From contig JBMOPW010000003.1 in NCBI GenBank assembly GCA_049322915.1, positions 21,801 to 85,800 on the forward strand: a stretch of DNA of 64,000 nt. Direction: 5' to 3'. The translations under genes and the position numbers were made by a program. A model generated the notes under the pieces. It ran no database searches. It worked only from the letters and a program-made list of their open reading frames with translations, and was not told the DNA's origin. This DNA is from Candidatus Zhuqueibacterota bacterium. Its GTDB lineage: Bacteria; Zhuqueibacterota; Zhuqueibacteria; Thermofontimicrobiales; Thermofontimicrobiaceae. The stretch's first letter is position 1. Every line of letters begins with the position of its first letter. Below are positions 38,186 through 51,054 of the stretch, piece after piece.

Positions 38186-39256
38186 CTACAAATAATCTTC
38201 CATCTGTTTTCGTTTCATGGCATCGACGAGATCTTTTACCTTCTGCGCCATATCTTTCCTGCAGATCAACAAGGCATCCCCGGCGTCCACGATGAGCAAA
38301 TCCTCCACACCGAGCGTGGCGATCATCCGGTAGGGCGAATCGATCAAACAATTGCGCGTGTCCTTGGGGAAATGATCGCCAATGATCACATTGTTGTCTT
38401 TGTCCTTGGGCGAAATTTTGTACACTTCCTCCCAGCTTCCGACATCGTTCCAGTCAAATTCGCCCTTTAATACGCACACATTATTGGAATTTTCCATCAC
38501 CCCGTAATCAATGGAGATGCTTTTAATTTGGCAGTACACTTGATTTATCACTTCTTCCTGCCGATTTGTTCCCGCGTATTTCCCAATCTCCATCAGTCCT
38601 TCATACAATTCAGGGATGGATATTTCGATTTCATTCAATATCGACTCCGCCTTCCACACGAACATCCCGCTGTTCCACAGAAAATCCCCGCTTCGGATGA
38701 AGCCGCTCGCTGTTTCGAGATCCGGTTTCTCGGCAAATGTTTTGACTTTGTAGACCGGAATGGAGTTGACCTCGTCAATCATGCCGTTATATTGGATATA
38801 ACCATAGCCGGTGGATGGATATGTGGGAATGATACCGATCGTCACCAGGCAGCCCCTGTCCTGCGCTACCAGAGAAGCAGCCGCCAGTATTTTTTGGAAT
38901 TCAGCTTCATTCTTGATCCGATGATCCGCCGGTAACACCGCCATCACCGCCTCCGGGTCGCGTTTCTGCAGAATCACTGCGGCCAGACCGATGCACGGCG
39001 CTGTATTTTTCCCCTTGGGCTCAATGATAAAATTTTCCGCTTTCAGAGCCGGCAGTTGCTTCGCCAGTTCTTCCCGCTGCGGCTCTGTTGTTACAATATA
39101 TATTTGATCGTCCGTCACCAATTTTTTCAATCGGCCAACGGTCGCCTGTATCATCGTTTGATCATCCAAAATGGACAGCATCTGTTTGGGACGTTTAAAA
39201 CGACTTCTCGGCCAAAATCTTGTTCCAACACCACCTGCCATTATTACAGCATACAT
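38186..39256 (-). CDS. Mannose-1-phosphate guanylyltransferase (GDP-mannose pyrophosphorylase-type nucleotidyltransferase)
   Basis: 356-aa ORF; N-terminus MYAVIMAGGVGTRFWPRSR; GGAGGA RBS. Confidence 0.85.
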   Translation of the reverse strand: MYAVIMAGGVGTRFWPRSRFKRPKQMLSILDDQTMIQATVGRLKKLVTDDQIYIVTTEPQREELAKQLPALKAENFIIEPKGKNTAPCIGLAAVILQKRDPEAVMAVLPADHRIKNEAEFQKILAAASLVAQDRGCLVTIGIIPTYPSTGYGYIQYNGMIDEVNSIPVYKVKTFAEKPDLETASGFIRSGDFLWNSGMFVWKAESILNEIEISIPELYEGLMEIGKYAGTNRQEEVINQVYCQIKSISIDYGVMENSNNVCVLKGEFDWNDVGSWEEVYKISPKDKDNNVIIGDHFPKDTRNCLIDSPYRMIATLGVEDLLIVDAGDALLICRKDMAQKVKDLVDAMKRKQMEDYL

Positions 39257-39738
39257 TCACGTTCCTCCACTATTAACCTCAGGCGAAAACTCGTTTTAAT
39301 TAGAATACCGCCGGTCACAAATCTTTGCATAAAAAAAGCCCCTGGCACCTCACAAATGGTCTGCCAACGGCTCTACAATTTCTCGGAAAATTTTAATCAT
39401 AAAGGTATCTAATGACATACGCCTTGTTTGTCTCAGATAGTTAATTTTTCCCTCCCAGGTCATTCTGCTCATCTCAAAATTTAATATGGACAAAAATATA
39501 GAAAATTTAAATTTAAAAATCAAGTAGATTCTTAAAAAATAATTGTAATTTTCTCTGCGCTGCATGGTCTGCCTGACGCACTTATTCCAAACTTGCCCAT
39601 TCGTCACTGCCGGCATTTTTTCATTCCTGACCATCATAACTATTGCAATTTTATTTTAATTTTTTTATCTTTACCTGCAATCTCGCAACGCGTCTGGGTT
39701 CAGCGAATGATACAGGAATTTGGGTAAAGGGTCAAGCT

Positions 39739-40161
39739 ATGTCTTCGCAAAAATTCATTCAGTTAGACCATACCGGCGATTTAAGGGTGATGGTTTTTGG
39801 AAAATCATTAAAAGAACTGTTTGAAAATTCTGCCATCGCATTGTTCAGCCAGATTACGGACATCTCCCGGGTCAATCACGATTCCACGGACTCACTCCAC
39901 GTCACCGGTATCGATAAAGAAGAACTGCTGGTGAGCTGGCTTTCGGAATTGAATTATATGCATATAACCGAAGGAAAGTTGTTCAGTAAATTCGATATCT
40001 CCCATATCAGCGACACAAAGCTCACAGCCATCGCCTTTGGTGAAAAATATAATCCCTTCCGGCATTCGTCAGGTTTTGAAATCAAGGCGGTGACTTTTCA
40101 CGACCTGCAAATTGAGAAAAAAGACGATCTGTGGCAGACCAGGATCGTATTTGATATTTAA
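39739..40161 (+). CDS. Archease (RtcB activator)
   Basis: Start MSSQKFIQLDHTGDLRVMVFGKSLKELFENSAIALF (archease DHT(A/G)D N-terminal motif); 140 aa; immediately upstream of rtcB; the track ORF begins earlier with TTG. Confidence 0.75.
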   Translation: MSSQKFIQLDHTGDLRVMVFGKSLKELFENSAIALFSQITDISRVNHDSTDSLHVTGIDKEELLVSWLSELNYMHITEGKLFSKFDISHISDTKLTAIAFGEKYNPFRHSSGFEIKAVTFHDLQIEKKDDLWQTRIVFDI

Positions 40162-40418
40162 GCATTCACCGATTCATCGCGATGTGTTTCTGATCTGAAG
40201 GAAATGTCAGTAATGGGCGGGTCCGCGGCTCGGATATCGCAGCGCGTTCACGGCGCGCCGACTTGAATGCCACAGGCGCTCTTCAGTCGTGCCATCGGCA
40301 GATTGAGCAGCAGGATTGTAAATTTTTCGGCGCCAAGCCCGGTTCGATGGAATCCATCGAAGCAATATACATGCTGGCGCCTGGCGCAAACTAAACTGTG
40401 TGATATTAGAACTGAAAA

Positions 40419-40526
40419 TTAACCCTACAACGTCATTTAGTAAATTTATCACAATATGTTGAGTTTTTCATCTATCAAAAATACAATATACAACGATAAA
40501 AAATCTATGTGACGTAGTAGGGTTAA
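40419..40526 (-). mobile_element. MITE family B copy 2 (108 bp), inverted relative to copy 1, 18 bp upstream of the rtcB ATG
   Basis: Reverse complement of 2998-3105 with a single mismatch. Confidence 0.7.
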
Positions 40527-40544
40527 TGTAACAGGGCATACTCC

Positions 40545-41987
40545 ATGTCAGACGTGAAATTGAAAAAGATCAACGATTATCTCTGGGAAATTCCCAAGGA
40601 AGATAAAATGCATGTCCCCGGCCGGATTTACGCGACGCAAAAAATGCTGTCCCATATTCAGGAGGAGGATGCGCCGAAGCAGGTGCAAAATGTCGCGCAT
40701 TTGCCGGGCATTGTGGATTGGTCCATGGCCATGCCGGACATCCATTGGGGCTATGGTTTTCCCATCGGCGGCGTGGCTGCGTTCGATGTCGACGAGGGCG
40801 TGATTTCGCCCGGCGGCGTTGGTTATGACATTAACTGCGGGGTACGGCTGCTCAAAACACAATTGGTACGGAGCGACATTCAATCCAAAATCCAGTTGCT
40901 GGTCGCCAGCATGTTCAAATATATCCCGAGCGGCGTCGGTTCTTCCGGCCCATTGAAAACCAGCGATAGCGAATTGAAAAAGGTCATGGTGAAAGGAGCG
41001 CGCTGGGCGGTTCAGAACGGTTATGGCGACGAGGACGATCTCGATAAAATCGAGGAAAATGGAGAGATGCCGGGAGCTGACCCATCGACTGTCAGCCAGA
41101 AAGCCATCACGCGGGGCCGGCCGCAATTGGGCACTCTGGGCTCTGGCAACCATTTTGTTGAAATTCAATACATCGATAAAATTTTCGACGCGGAGCTGGG
41201 CCAGCGCCTGGGACTTTTCGAAGGCCAGATTACGGTGTCCATCCATACCGGATCGCGCGGATTTGGCTATCAAATCTGCGATGATTCCATTCACAAGATG
41301 ATTCTCGCTTCTCAGAAATACGGCATTGAACTGCCGGATCGGCAACTCTGCGCTGCGCCCATCACGTCGCCGGAGGGCAAAGAGTATTTTGCTGCCATGG
41401 TCTGCGCCGTCAACTACGCATTTGCCAATCGCCAGATCATCTCGCACTGGGTGGAAGAAGCATTCATCCGCTCGTTGAAATCAACTCCCAACCAGGTTAA
41501 ATTCAGCACGGTTTACGAAGTCGCCCACAATATTGCCAAATTCGAAACGCATATCGTGCATGGGAAAAAGCGAATGCTGTGCGTCCATCGAAAAGGCGCC
41601 ACCCGCGCATTTGGACCGGGCCGGGTTGAACTGCCGGAAATGTACCGCGACATCGGCCAGCCGGTGTTGATCCCCGGGGACATGGGCCGCAGTTCCTACG
41701 TGCTGATCGGCACCGAAGCAGCGATGGAACAGACGTTTGGTTCCACCTGTCACGGCGCCGGCCGGCTGATGAGTCGCAATAAAGCCATTCAACTGGCGCG
41801 CGGCCGATCGATCCAGAATGAACTGGCGCAGCAGGGAATTGAAGTGATGGCAGCGAGCCGGGCGACCCTGGCGGAAGAAATGCCCGAAGCCTACAAAGAT
41901 GTTTCCGATGTCGTCGAGGCTGTTGTCGGCGCCGGAATCTCGAAAAAGGTGGCCAGATTGCGCCCTATGGGCGTGATCAAAGGCTGA
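40545..41987 (+). CDS. rtcB: RNA-splicing ligase RtcB (long, archaeal/eukaryal-type, 480 aa)
   Basis: Motifs HWGYGFPIGGVAAFD, GYDINCGVRLL, GSGNHFVEIQ, CHGAGR; ATG start. Confidence 0.95.
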   Translation: MSDVKLKKINDYLWEIPKEDKMHVPGRIYATQKMLSHIQEEDAPKQVQNVAHLPGIVDWSMAMPDIHWGYGFPIGGVAAFDVDEGVISPGGVGYDINCGVRLLKTQLVRSDIQSKIQLLVASMFKYIPSGVGSSGPLKTSDSELKKVMVKGARWAVQNGYGDEDDLDKIEENGEMPGADPSTVSQKAITRGRPQLGTLGSGNHFVEIQYIDKIFDAELGQRLGLFEGQITVSIHTGSRGFGYQICDDSIHKMILASQKYGIELPDRQLCAAPITSPEGKEYFAAMVCAVNYAFANRQIISHWVEEAFIRSLKSTPNQVKFSTVYEVAHNIAKFETHIVHGKKRMLCVHRKGATRAFGPGRVELPEMYRDIGQPVLIPGDMGRSSYVLIGTEAAMEQTFGSTCHGAGRLMSRNKAIQLARGRSIQNELAQQGIEVMAASRATLAEEMPEAYKDVSDVVEAVVGAGISKKVARLRPMGVIKG

Positions 41988-44141
<2,154 letters not shown>

Positions 44142-44332
44142 CGGATTGGAACGGCGCTCATCGGAAACGTCGGCAGATCTGCATTTTTTAAAATCCGAAA
44201 TGGACGGGGAAAGCGCCCGGCGGGAGGCGCTGCTTCAATCCGATCCGGGATTCAAATGAAATCGCCGGACTGTGCTGAACAGGCCAATTACGATTCACGT
44301 CAATTCACAACTCGGAGAGAGAGAATATCGCC

Positions 44333-45190
44333 TTGGAATCAGTGCTGAACTATGTCGTGCAGGTTGGTTTAATCTCCAGCAAACTTCTGCTGGGTCTCTT
44401 TTTCCCCATTGTTTTTTCATGCTTCATCTTAAATCTATTAGCCAAAGAACAGAACCGGCGGCTCTATTACATTGGCGGCTGGAAAGCACTGCTGGCAACG
44501 GCATGGATCGGCACGCCCATCCACGAACTGAGCCATTACCTGGCCGCCGTCGTGGCCAGTCACAAAGTCGTTGAAATTCAGCTATTCAAACCGGACAAGC
44601 ACACCGGGTCCATGGGTTACGTCACGCACAGTTTTCAGTCGGACAATTTTTATCAGGCGGTCATTGGCAACACGTTCATCGCCATTGCTCCGTTCTTCGG
44701 CGGCGCAGGCGTCATTTATCTCATCAGCACGCTGGTCTTTCCTGATTTTTCGCTGTTCACCCGGGACGTGCCTCAAATTTACTACCTCACTCTGGACAAC
44801 GCGTTGCAGTGGAAAAGTTACCTGATGTTCGGGCAATCCGCCTATTACTTTTTCGACCACCTGTTCGATACGATGTTTGCCCCGGCCATGCTGGGCGATT
44901 GGAAGCTTTACGTTTTTCTATTTTTAATGCTGGGCATCGCCAACCATTTATCCCCCTCAGGCTCTGATTTCAAATATTTCTGGACGCCTCTCCTCATCTT
45001 CGTGTTCACAATTTTTCTGCTCAACCTCATCATCTACCCGCTCGTCAGGGAGCCGGAAGCCATCATCACCACGGCGTCGAGATACGTGTTCGTCTTTTTG
45101 CCAATTCTGTATCTTTCAATTTTCATCAGCGCCCTGGGACTGCTGGTCACGTTCATCCTGTCCATGATTGTGTGGGTGTTCAAACGATAG
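44333..45190 (+). CDS. Hypothetical polytopic membrane protein with HExxH motif (possible M50-like intramembrane metallopeptidase)
   Basis: 285-aa ORF, TTG start in track; HELSH embedded in a hydrophobic segment; multiple TM helices. Confidence 0.4.
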   Translation: MESVLNYVVQVGLISSKLLLGLFFPIVFSCFILNLLAKEQNRRLYYIGGWKALLATAWIGTPIHELSHYLAAVVASHKVVEIQLFKPDKHTGSMGYVTHSFQSDNFYQAVIGNTFIAIAPFFGGAGVIYLISTLVFPDFSLFTRDVPQIYYLTLDNALQWKSYLMFGQSAYYFFDHLFDTMFAPAMLGDWKLYVFLFLMLGIANHLSPSGSDFKYFWTPLLIFVFTIFLLNLIIYPLVREPEAIITTASRYVFVFLPILYLSIFISALGLLVTFILSMIVWVFKR

Positions 45191-45199
45191 ACCGTTCTG

Positions 45200-46234
45200 C
45201 TATCCGAACAATTGCGCCAGCGCTTTTTTTGTCATTTCGATATCGTCGCGTCCCACTTCCAGGCTGGTCACCGCCCGCACCAGCTTTTCTCCGAATCCAA
45301 TCATGAGAATACCGCGCTCCGCCAGCTTGCTCAGTACTTGCGGCACTGTCAGCCCGGATTCAGCCACATCGAACACGATGATATTGGTCTCCACATGATT
45401 CGGATGGATGCGGAATCCTTTGATTTCCCCGATGGCCTGGGCCAGCATTTTCGCATGGGCATGGTCGTCGGCCAGGCGCTCCACGTTGTTTTCCAGCGCG
45501 TACAATGCGGCAGCGGCCAGAATACCCACCTGTCGCATTCCGCCTCCCAGCATTTTGCGGAATCGATGCGCCCGCCGGATGAACTCGGTCGAACCAGCCA
45601 GGATCGATCCCACCGGCGCGCCCAATCCTTTTGAAAAACAGAACATCAGCGAATCGAAATGCCGGGCATAGGTCGCGGCGCTGACGCCGGTGGCGACGCA
45701 CGCATTGAACAATCGGGCGCCATCCAGGTGCATGCGGATGGAATGTTGCAGCGTCAACTGCCGAATGGCCGCGATGTCATCGAGTGGGTAAATTGCGCCG
45801 CTGCCGCGGTTGTGAGTGTTTTCCAGACAAAGCAGCCGCGTTGCCGGAATGTGCACGTTGGGCTCGCGGATAGCCTGTTTAATCTGCGCCGCAGATAAAA
45901 TGCCGCGATTGCCGGGAATGGGATTCAATTGCACGCCGGCCAGAGCGCCGGCGCCACCGACTTCGTAATTGTAGGTATGGGACTCGCGCTCAACGATCAC
46001 CTCGTCCCCTGGCTGCGTGTGAGTTAAAATCGCGATGAGATTGGCCATAGTCCCGGACGGCGTGAACAGGGCAGCTTCCTTGCCCAGCAGGTCCGCCACT
46101 TTCGCCTGTAATTTATTCATCGTGGGATCATCGCCAAACACGTCGTCTCCCACTTCAGCTTCGGCCATGGCGCGCCGCATGGCCGGGGATGGTTTGGTCA
46201 CGGTATCGCTTCGGAGATCAATAATTCGTTTCAT
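45200..46234 (-). CDS. ltaE: Low-specificity L-threonine aldolase
   Basis: 344-aa ORF; N-terminus [38 protein letters not shown]...[11 protein letters not shown] characteristic of LtaE-type PLP enzymes. Confidence 0.9.
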   Translation of the reverse strand: MKRIIDLRSDTVTKPSPAMRRAMAEAEVGDDVFGDDPTMNKLQAKVADLLGKEAALFTPSGTMANLIAILTHTQPGDEVIVERESHTYNYEVGGAGALAGVQLNPIPGNRGILSAAQIKQAIREPNVHIPATRLLCLENTHNRGSGAIYPLDDIAAIRQLTLQHSIRMHLDGARLFNACVATGVSAATYARHFDSLMFCFSKGLGAPVGSILAGSTEFIRRAHRFRKMLGGGMRQVGILAAAALYALENNVERLADDHAHAKMLAQAIGEIKGFRIHPNHVETNIIVFDVAESGLTVPQVLSKLAERGILMIGFGEKLVRAVTSLEVGRDDIEMTKKALAQLFG

Positions 46235-46405
46235 GGGCTTCCCTCATAAAAGTGTTTTTTAACTCTGCTCTTCTGCGGCGGTCTCTGCCACAGGACTTTT
46301 TCACTATCATTCGCACCGTTCAATTCACGACGCGGCCGGCAATTCCCCGTCGACTGGCGAGTTGTCCCAACAATGCGCCTTTGCTGCTATCGGATTTCAA
46401 CCCGG

Positions 46406-49400
46406 CTAAATCGGCCGTTCCAGGATCATCATTTTGAACTCATCCCGAAAGCCCGCTTGTTTGAGATAGCCGGCGATCTCGGATTTGCGAACCGGCGCGC
46501 CGTTCCATTCTTCAACCCGAATTCCCCGAATGCGACGCCAGTTGCCGGGGTCGAACAAAATATCCGGCAGGAGTGAAATTGCGCTCTGCTTTTCTTCGTG
46601 CGACAAGTCGCGCAGCGGGGTCAGCCGTTCGCCTCTGGCTTCGATGGCCAGGATGGGAACGCCGTTCTGCAGCACCAGAAAATTATTGGGATGCCGCAGC
46701 AGCCGCCAGTCCGGAAAGAACGGATGCAGCACCGGCAATGGCGAAGCGGCTCCGTACAGATTGGCCGGATCGCAGGTATTGATCAACGCCATGTGTCCGT
46801 TCGATTCCCTGCGACCGTCGGACCGAAGCAGATCAGCCGCCTCCGGCAGGGCGAATTGCATGCCGGAAAATCCCCGCACAAAATAGCCGCGCCGGATTTC
46901 GCCGCGCCACTCCAGTTGCACCAGCTTCTCGTACAGCGAACGCCACGGCACAGGCCAGTTTTCCAATTGAAAGATCTCCCGACTCACCATCCCGTATCGC
47001 AGCAGGATCTGCCGGGCGAGCGCCTCCAACATCGCGGACGACCCAATCGCGGCGGCATCGCGTCCCGGCAGCAATGCCCAGCGGCCGGAACCGGCCACCG
47101 GCCGATACCGATGTGTGCGGCCGTAGCGTTTTCTGGAAGCCTGGTCTCGGGCAGGGTCATCCGCGCGCTCCGCCGGCTGGGCCGGTTTCCCGGCCCGAAC
47201 CGCGGCCAGGGTGTCGTTGTTCACTTCTCCGCGCCAGATCAATTCCCACAGCGAGGAGCTGACCAGCGACGGCGGCAGCCCGGTTTCGGAGGCAATATCG
47301 CTGACGAAACAGGCGCCCAGTTTCCGCATCGCAGTTTTGATTTTCGCGTGGATGGGCGCGTCCTCCGTGGTTTCCGGGTTGAACTGAAAAATCGGGAAAT
47401 CCTCGCGGAACAGAAACGACAGGTTGCCGAAATCGCCGGTTGCGCTTGCCGTTCCCTGCCATACCACTTCTCCCCGGCGACAAAGATCGTCGATCCATTC
47501 CGGGCGGTAGTCTTCCACGCGCCGGCCGAAAATTTCACTCTCCCACAGATACGCCGGCAGCGATATGCCCTGGAATTGCTCCAGAATCGCGATCAGTCCA
47601 TCGGCGCCGGCGAGCCGCGACGCCCGCGACCGATGCTGCCATTTCAGCAGAAATTCGACGAACTGCGCTGTGTCGCATGTCTGAATTTCGTTCCGCTGCT
47701 GCCGGATGGTGATGCGCCGGATCCGCTCCAACGTCTCCCTGAACGCCCAATGCTCCGGGCGATCCGGCGTTTGCGATGGTACCCGGACGAGATTCTCCTC
47801 TCCCTGAGCGCGATTGAGGAATTCCAGTACGGCCGTCTCTTCAAATCCATAGCGCTGCTGAAGGTGCGCCACAGTCACCAGGGCCTGATGGCGGACGAAG
47901 CGCAGCATAATTTTCCAGCGCGCCTCCTCGGGAGTTACGTCTGTTGGGCCCGGCTCGCTCCAATCGATCCCTTCAAATGCAGCGCGGAATTCCGGCAAGA
48001 GGTCCGCAGCGATCCATCGCTCCGGATCCGTGGCGTTCGGAATTTGGAACTGCACGACGCGCTGCTGCCCGGTCAGTTCCCTGAGCATCGCCTCCCCATC
48101 GCTGCTGATGCACTGCGAAATTTCCGCCGGAGTGAGGTCGCCCATTCGCAGCAGCAGCTCCGCCAATTCGCTGGGAGTCCGCGCCTGATAGCCGGCCAGG
48201 CGATGCTGCAATCGCGCCTCCAGCTCTTCAATGGCCGTTTCGTCCAGCAGATGCTGCACGTTGTCCGGGTGCAGCAGCTCAGCCAGACTGTCTTTGTCCA
48301 GCGAATCAGGGCTTCGATCCTCGGCTTTGGGCGCATCGTATTCGTACATGTACCCGGTCATGAATTCGAACATCATGGACGCTGCGAATGGCGAAGGCGA
48401 TGAACTGCGGCGGATCACCAGGCTCACGTCGCCCCGCTCCAGACGGCCGAGGAATTGTTTCAGTTCATCCAGGGCCAGGAAATCCTGCAACGATTCGCGA
48501 TACGTCTCCATGACAATGGGGAATGACGGGTACTTGCGCGCCACTTCCAGCAGGTCCCGGGAGCGAATCCGTTGTAACCATAACGGCGCGCGCTTCCCGG
48601 GTTGCGGCCGCGGCAGCAGCATGGCGCGATTGGCATTCTGCCGAAACCGCAGGCCAAAGAACGCTGAGTTCGCCAATTCCTCGATGGCCAGCGCTTCCAC
48701 ATTTTCCGAGGTGACGCTCCGAATGACGCGGACGATGGTCTCGAATTTCTCCACCGGGTAGCGAAATACCAGGCCGGCGTCCGAATGCAGCGATTCCGGT
48801 TCAATGCCGAGCTGTCGCCGGAACTGGGCCAGAATGGCTAACTTCCACGGCAGATGCAGCCGTCCTCCGAATGGCGTGAGCAGCGTGACCCGCAAATCGC
48901 CCATTTCATCGGTGAATCCTTCGATGAGCACGGTGCGGTCATCCGGGATGACGCCGGCTTCCCGTTTCTGATCGTTCAAAAATTGAGATAAATTCCGGGC
49001 GGCTGTCTCGTCCAGACTGAATTCGTTTTGAAGCCACGCCAGGAAACCGGGCTGTTCCATTTTATCAGCCACCACGCGGCAGAATTCGCCGTGAAGCTGG
49101 CCCAGATGATAACTGCGACCGAGCATTTCGCCCTTCCAGAACGGCATTCGCGCCGGCTCCCCCGGCGCCGGCGTGACAATCACCCGGTCGTGCGTGATTT
49201 CTTTGATGCGCCAGTTATTCGTACCGAGGATGATGACCTCGCCCAACCGACGCTCGAAAATAAATTCCTCCTCCAGTTCACCGATTTTGGTGGCATTGTC
49301 CTCCAGATAACAGCCGTACTGGCCGGTGTCCGGGATGGCGCCGGCGCTCATCAGCGCCAGCCGTTGACTGCCCGGCAGCGCGTGCATCACCTGATTGACG

Positions 49401-50875
49401 CGATCCCACGAGATCCGCGGCCGCAACTCGCGGAACGTCTCTGCCGGATACCGGCCGGAAATCATTTCAACCACGCCGTAGAAATGCGCTCTGGGCAGAT
49501 TTTGGAACGGATAGGCCTGACGCACCAGATGATACAACGCATCGACCGACCACGGTTGCAGCGCGACCATGGCAATGATTTGCTGAGCCAGAATATCCAG
49601 ACAGTTGCGGGGAATTTTTATGGGCGACACATCGCCGCGGCGCATGGCCCGCGTGACCACCGCCATTTCCAGCAGGTCGGAGCGCATCTTGGGCAGCAGT
49701 CGGCCTTTGCTGGCGGTTTTGTACAAGTGGCCGGCGCGACCCACTCGCTGCAAACCGCGCGCGATGTCCTTGGGCGATTCCACCTGACACACAAGATCGA
49801 TGGCCCCCATATCAATGCCCAACTCCAGTGTGGCCGTGGCGACCAACGCTGTCAATTCGCCCCGCTTCAACTGCGCCTCGATGTCCCGACGCGCTTCTTT
49901 GGACACGCTGCCGTGATGCGCTTTGGCCAGTTCATAGCCGGCGCGCTCGTTGATCTCAGCGGTGATCCGCTCCGCTGCCGCGCGGCTGTTGGTGAAAATC
50001 AACGTGGACCGATGCTGCTGAATGAGTTCCAGTAGTTTTTGGTAAATGTCCGGCCAGACCGTATCTTCCGGCAAATCCCGGAAATCGTCCACCGGGGAAA
50101 CGATGCGGAGATCCAGTTCCTTGCGAATGCCGGCGTCCACGATGGTCACCGGCCGCGCCTTGAACTGCGTTTCACCATCCGTCTCAATCCGATCGCACCC
50201 GGCCAGGAATTTGGCGATTTCTTCCAACGGCTTTTGCGTAGCCGATAAGCCGATGCGCACCAGCCTCTGCGCCGCGATCTGCTGGAGACGCTCCAGCAGA
50301 ATGCTGAGAAAAGTACCCCGCTTGTTGTCGGACAGGGCGTGGATTTCATCGACGATGACGAACTTCACCGTCCTCAGAATTTCGCGGGCGCGCTGCGAGG
50401 TGAGCAGCAGATGAAGCGATTCCGGCGTGGTGATTAAAATATGCGGCGGCCGACGCAACATGCGCTGGCGTTCCTTTTGAGGCGTGTCCCCGGTGCGAAC
50501 GGCCACTTCAATCCGGGGGATGGTCATTTCCAATTCGGTGAGTTTTTGCCAGATGCCGGCCAGCGGCTGCCGGAGGTTTCGTTCGATATCGTAGTTCAGC
50601 GCCTTGAGAGGAGAAATGTACAGCGTGTGAACGCCGGCGTCCAGTGCCTGTGGATTTTCCGCGAGCTGTTTCAGAATGTCATCCATGCAGACTAAAAACG
50701 CGGCCAGCGTTTTCCCTGAGCCGGTCGGCGCCAGGATGAGCGTGTTTTCACCCTGCGCAATGGCAGGCCAACCGTTCACCTGGGGCGGCGTCGGCTGCTC
50801 GAATTCAGATTTGAACCACTGCTGGATGGCCGGGTGGAAGGAGTCGAGGGGGTTGATTTTCTCATCTATTGCCAT
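46406..50875 (-). CDS. lhr: Lhr-family ATP-dependent DEAD/DEAH-box helicase (large helicase-related protein)
   Basis: 1489-aa ORF; Walker A ILAPTGSGKTLAAFL, motif II VIVDEIHAL; long C-terminal extension as in Lhr proteins; several long antisense ORFs are discounted as GC-rich artefacts. Confidence 0.9.
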   Translation of the reverse strand: MAIDEKINPLDSFHPAIQQWFKSEFEQPTPPQVNGWPAIAQGENTLILAPTGSGKTLAAFLVCMDDILKQLAENPQALDAGVHTLYISPLKALNYDIERNLRQPLAGIWQKLTELEMTIPRIEVAVRTGDTPQKERQRMLRRPPHILITTPESLHLLLTSQRAREILRTVKFVIVDEIHALSDNKRGTFLSILLERLQQIAAQRLVRIGLSATQKPLEEIAKFLAGCDRIETDGETQFKARPVTIVDAGIRKELDLRIVSPVDDFRDLPEDTVWPDIYQKLLELIQQHRSTLIFTNSRAAAERITAEINERAGYELAKAHHGSVSKEARRDIEAQLKRGELTALVATATLELGIDMGAIDLVCQVESPKDIARGLQRVGRAGHLYKTASKGRLLPKMRSDLLEMAVVTRAMRRGDVSPIKIPRNCLDILAQQIIAMVALQPWSVDALYHLVRQAYPFQNLPRAHFYGVVEMISGRYPAETFRELRPRISWDRVNQVMHALPGSQRLALMSAGAIPDTGQYGCYLEDNATKIGELEEEFIFERRLGEVIILGTNNWRIKEITHDRVIVTPAPGEPARMPFWKGEMLGRSYHLGQLHGEFCRVVADKMEQPGFLAWLQNEFSLDETAARNLSQFLNDQKREAGVIPDDRTVLIEGFTDEMGDLRVTLLTPFGGRLHLPWKLAILAQFRRQLGIEPESLHSDAGLVFRYPVEKFETIVRVIRSVTSENVEALAIEELANSAFFGLRFRQNANRAMLLPRPQPGKRAPLWLQRIRSRDLLEVARKYPSFPIVMETYRESLQDFLALDELKQFLGRLERGDVSLVIRRSSSPSPFAASMMFEFMTGYMYEYDAPKAEDRSPDSLDKDSLAELLHPDNVQHLLDETAIEELEARLQHRLAGYQARTPSELAELLLRMGDLTPAEISQCISSDGEAMLRELTGQQRVVQFQIPNATDPERWIAADLLPEFRAAFEGIDWSEPGPTDVTPEEARWKIMLRFVRHQALVTVAHLQQRYGFEETAVLEFLNRAQGEENLVRVPSQTPDRPEHWAFRETLERIRRITIRQQRNEIQTCDTAQFVEFLLKWQHRSRASRLAGADGLIAILEQFQGISLPAYLWESEIFGRRVEDYRPEWIDDLCRRGEVVWQGTASATGDFGNLSFLFREDFPIFQFNPETTEDAPIHAKIKTAMRKLGACFVSDIASETGLPPSLVSSSLWELIWRGEVNNDTLAAVRAGKPAQPAERADDPARDQASRKRYGRTHRYRPVAGSGRWALLPGRDAAAIGSSAMLEALARQILLRYGMVSREIFQLENWPVPWRSLYEKLVQLEWRGEIRRGYFVRGFSGMQFALPEAADLLRSDGRRESNGHMALINTCDPANLYGAASPLPVLHPFFPDWRLLRHPNNFLVLQNGVPILAIEARGERLTPLRDLSHEEKQSAISLLPDILFDPGNWRRIRGIRVEEWNGAPVRKSEIAGYLKQAGFRDEFKMMILERPI

Positions 50876-51054
50876 GCGCCACTGCTAGAAAAATATATGC
50901 GTTTGTGATTAGAACACAATGGATTATTTCTGAGGAAGCGCGGCCCGGTCGCAGCAGCAGACAGGAGATATCGCATCTCCCCGGTTATCTCCATCGGGAC
51001 GAACCTGATCGCGCTGGAAATGTATCCAGCGCAGAGACGGGACTTGAACCAGCC

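Noticed and set aside
46598-50035. Long plus-strand ORFs (601 aa at 46598-48403, 335 aa at 49028-50035) inside the lhr region
   Set aside because: Antisense to a well-supported helicase gene; Arg/Pro/Gly-rich low-complexity translations typical of GC-rich antisense frames; no motifs.
51030-51050. tRNA-like T-arm motif (gggacttgaacc) just downstream of hisS
   Set aside because: No acceptor stem, D-arm or anticodon arm could be assembled around it; the local sequence instead forms a simple hairpin (ctgcgctgg / ccagcgc).
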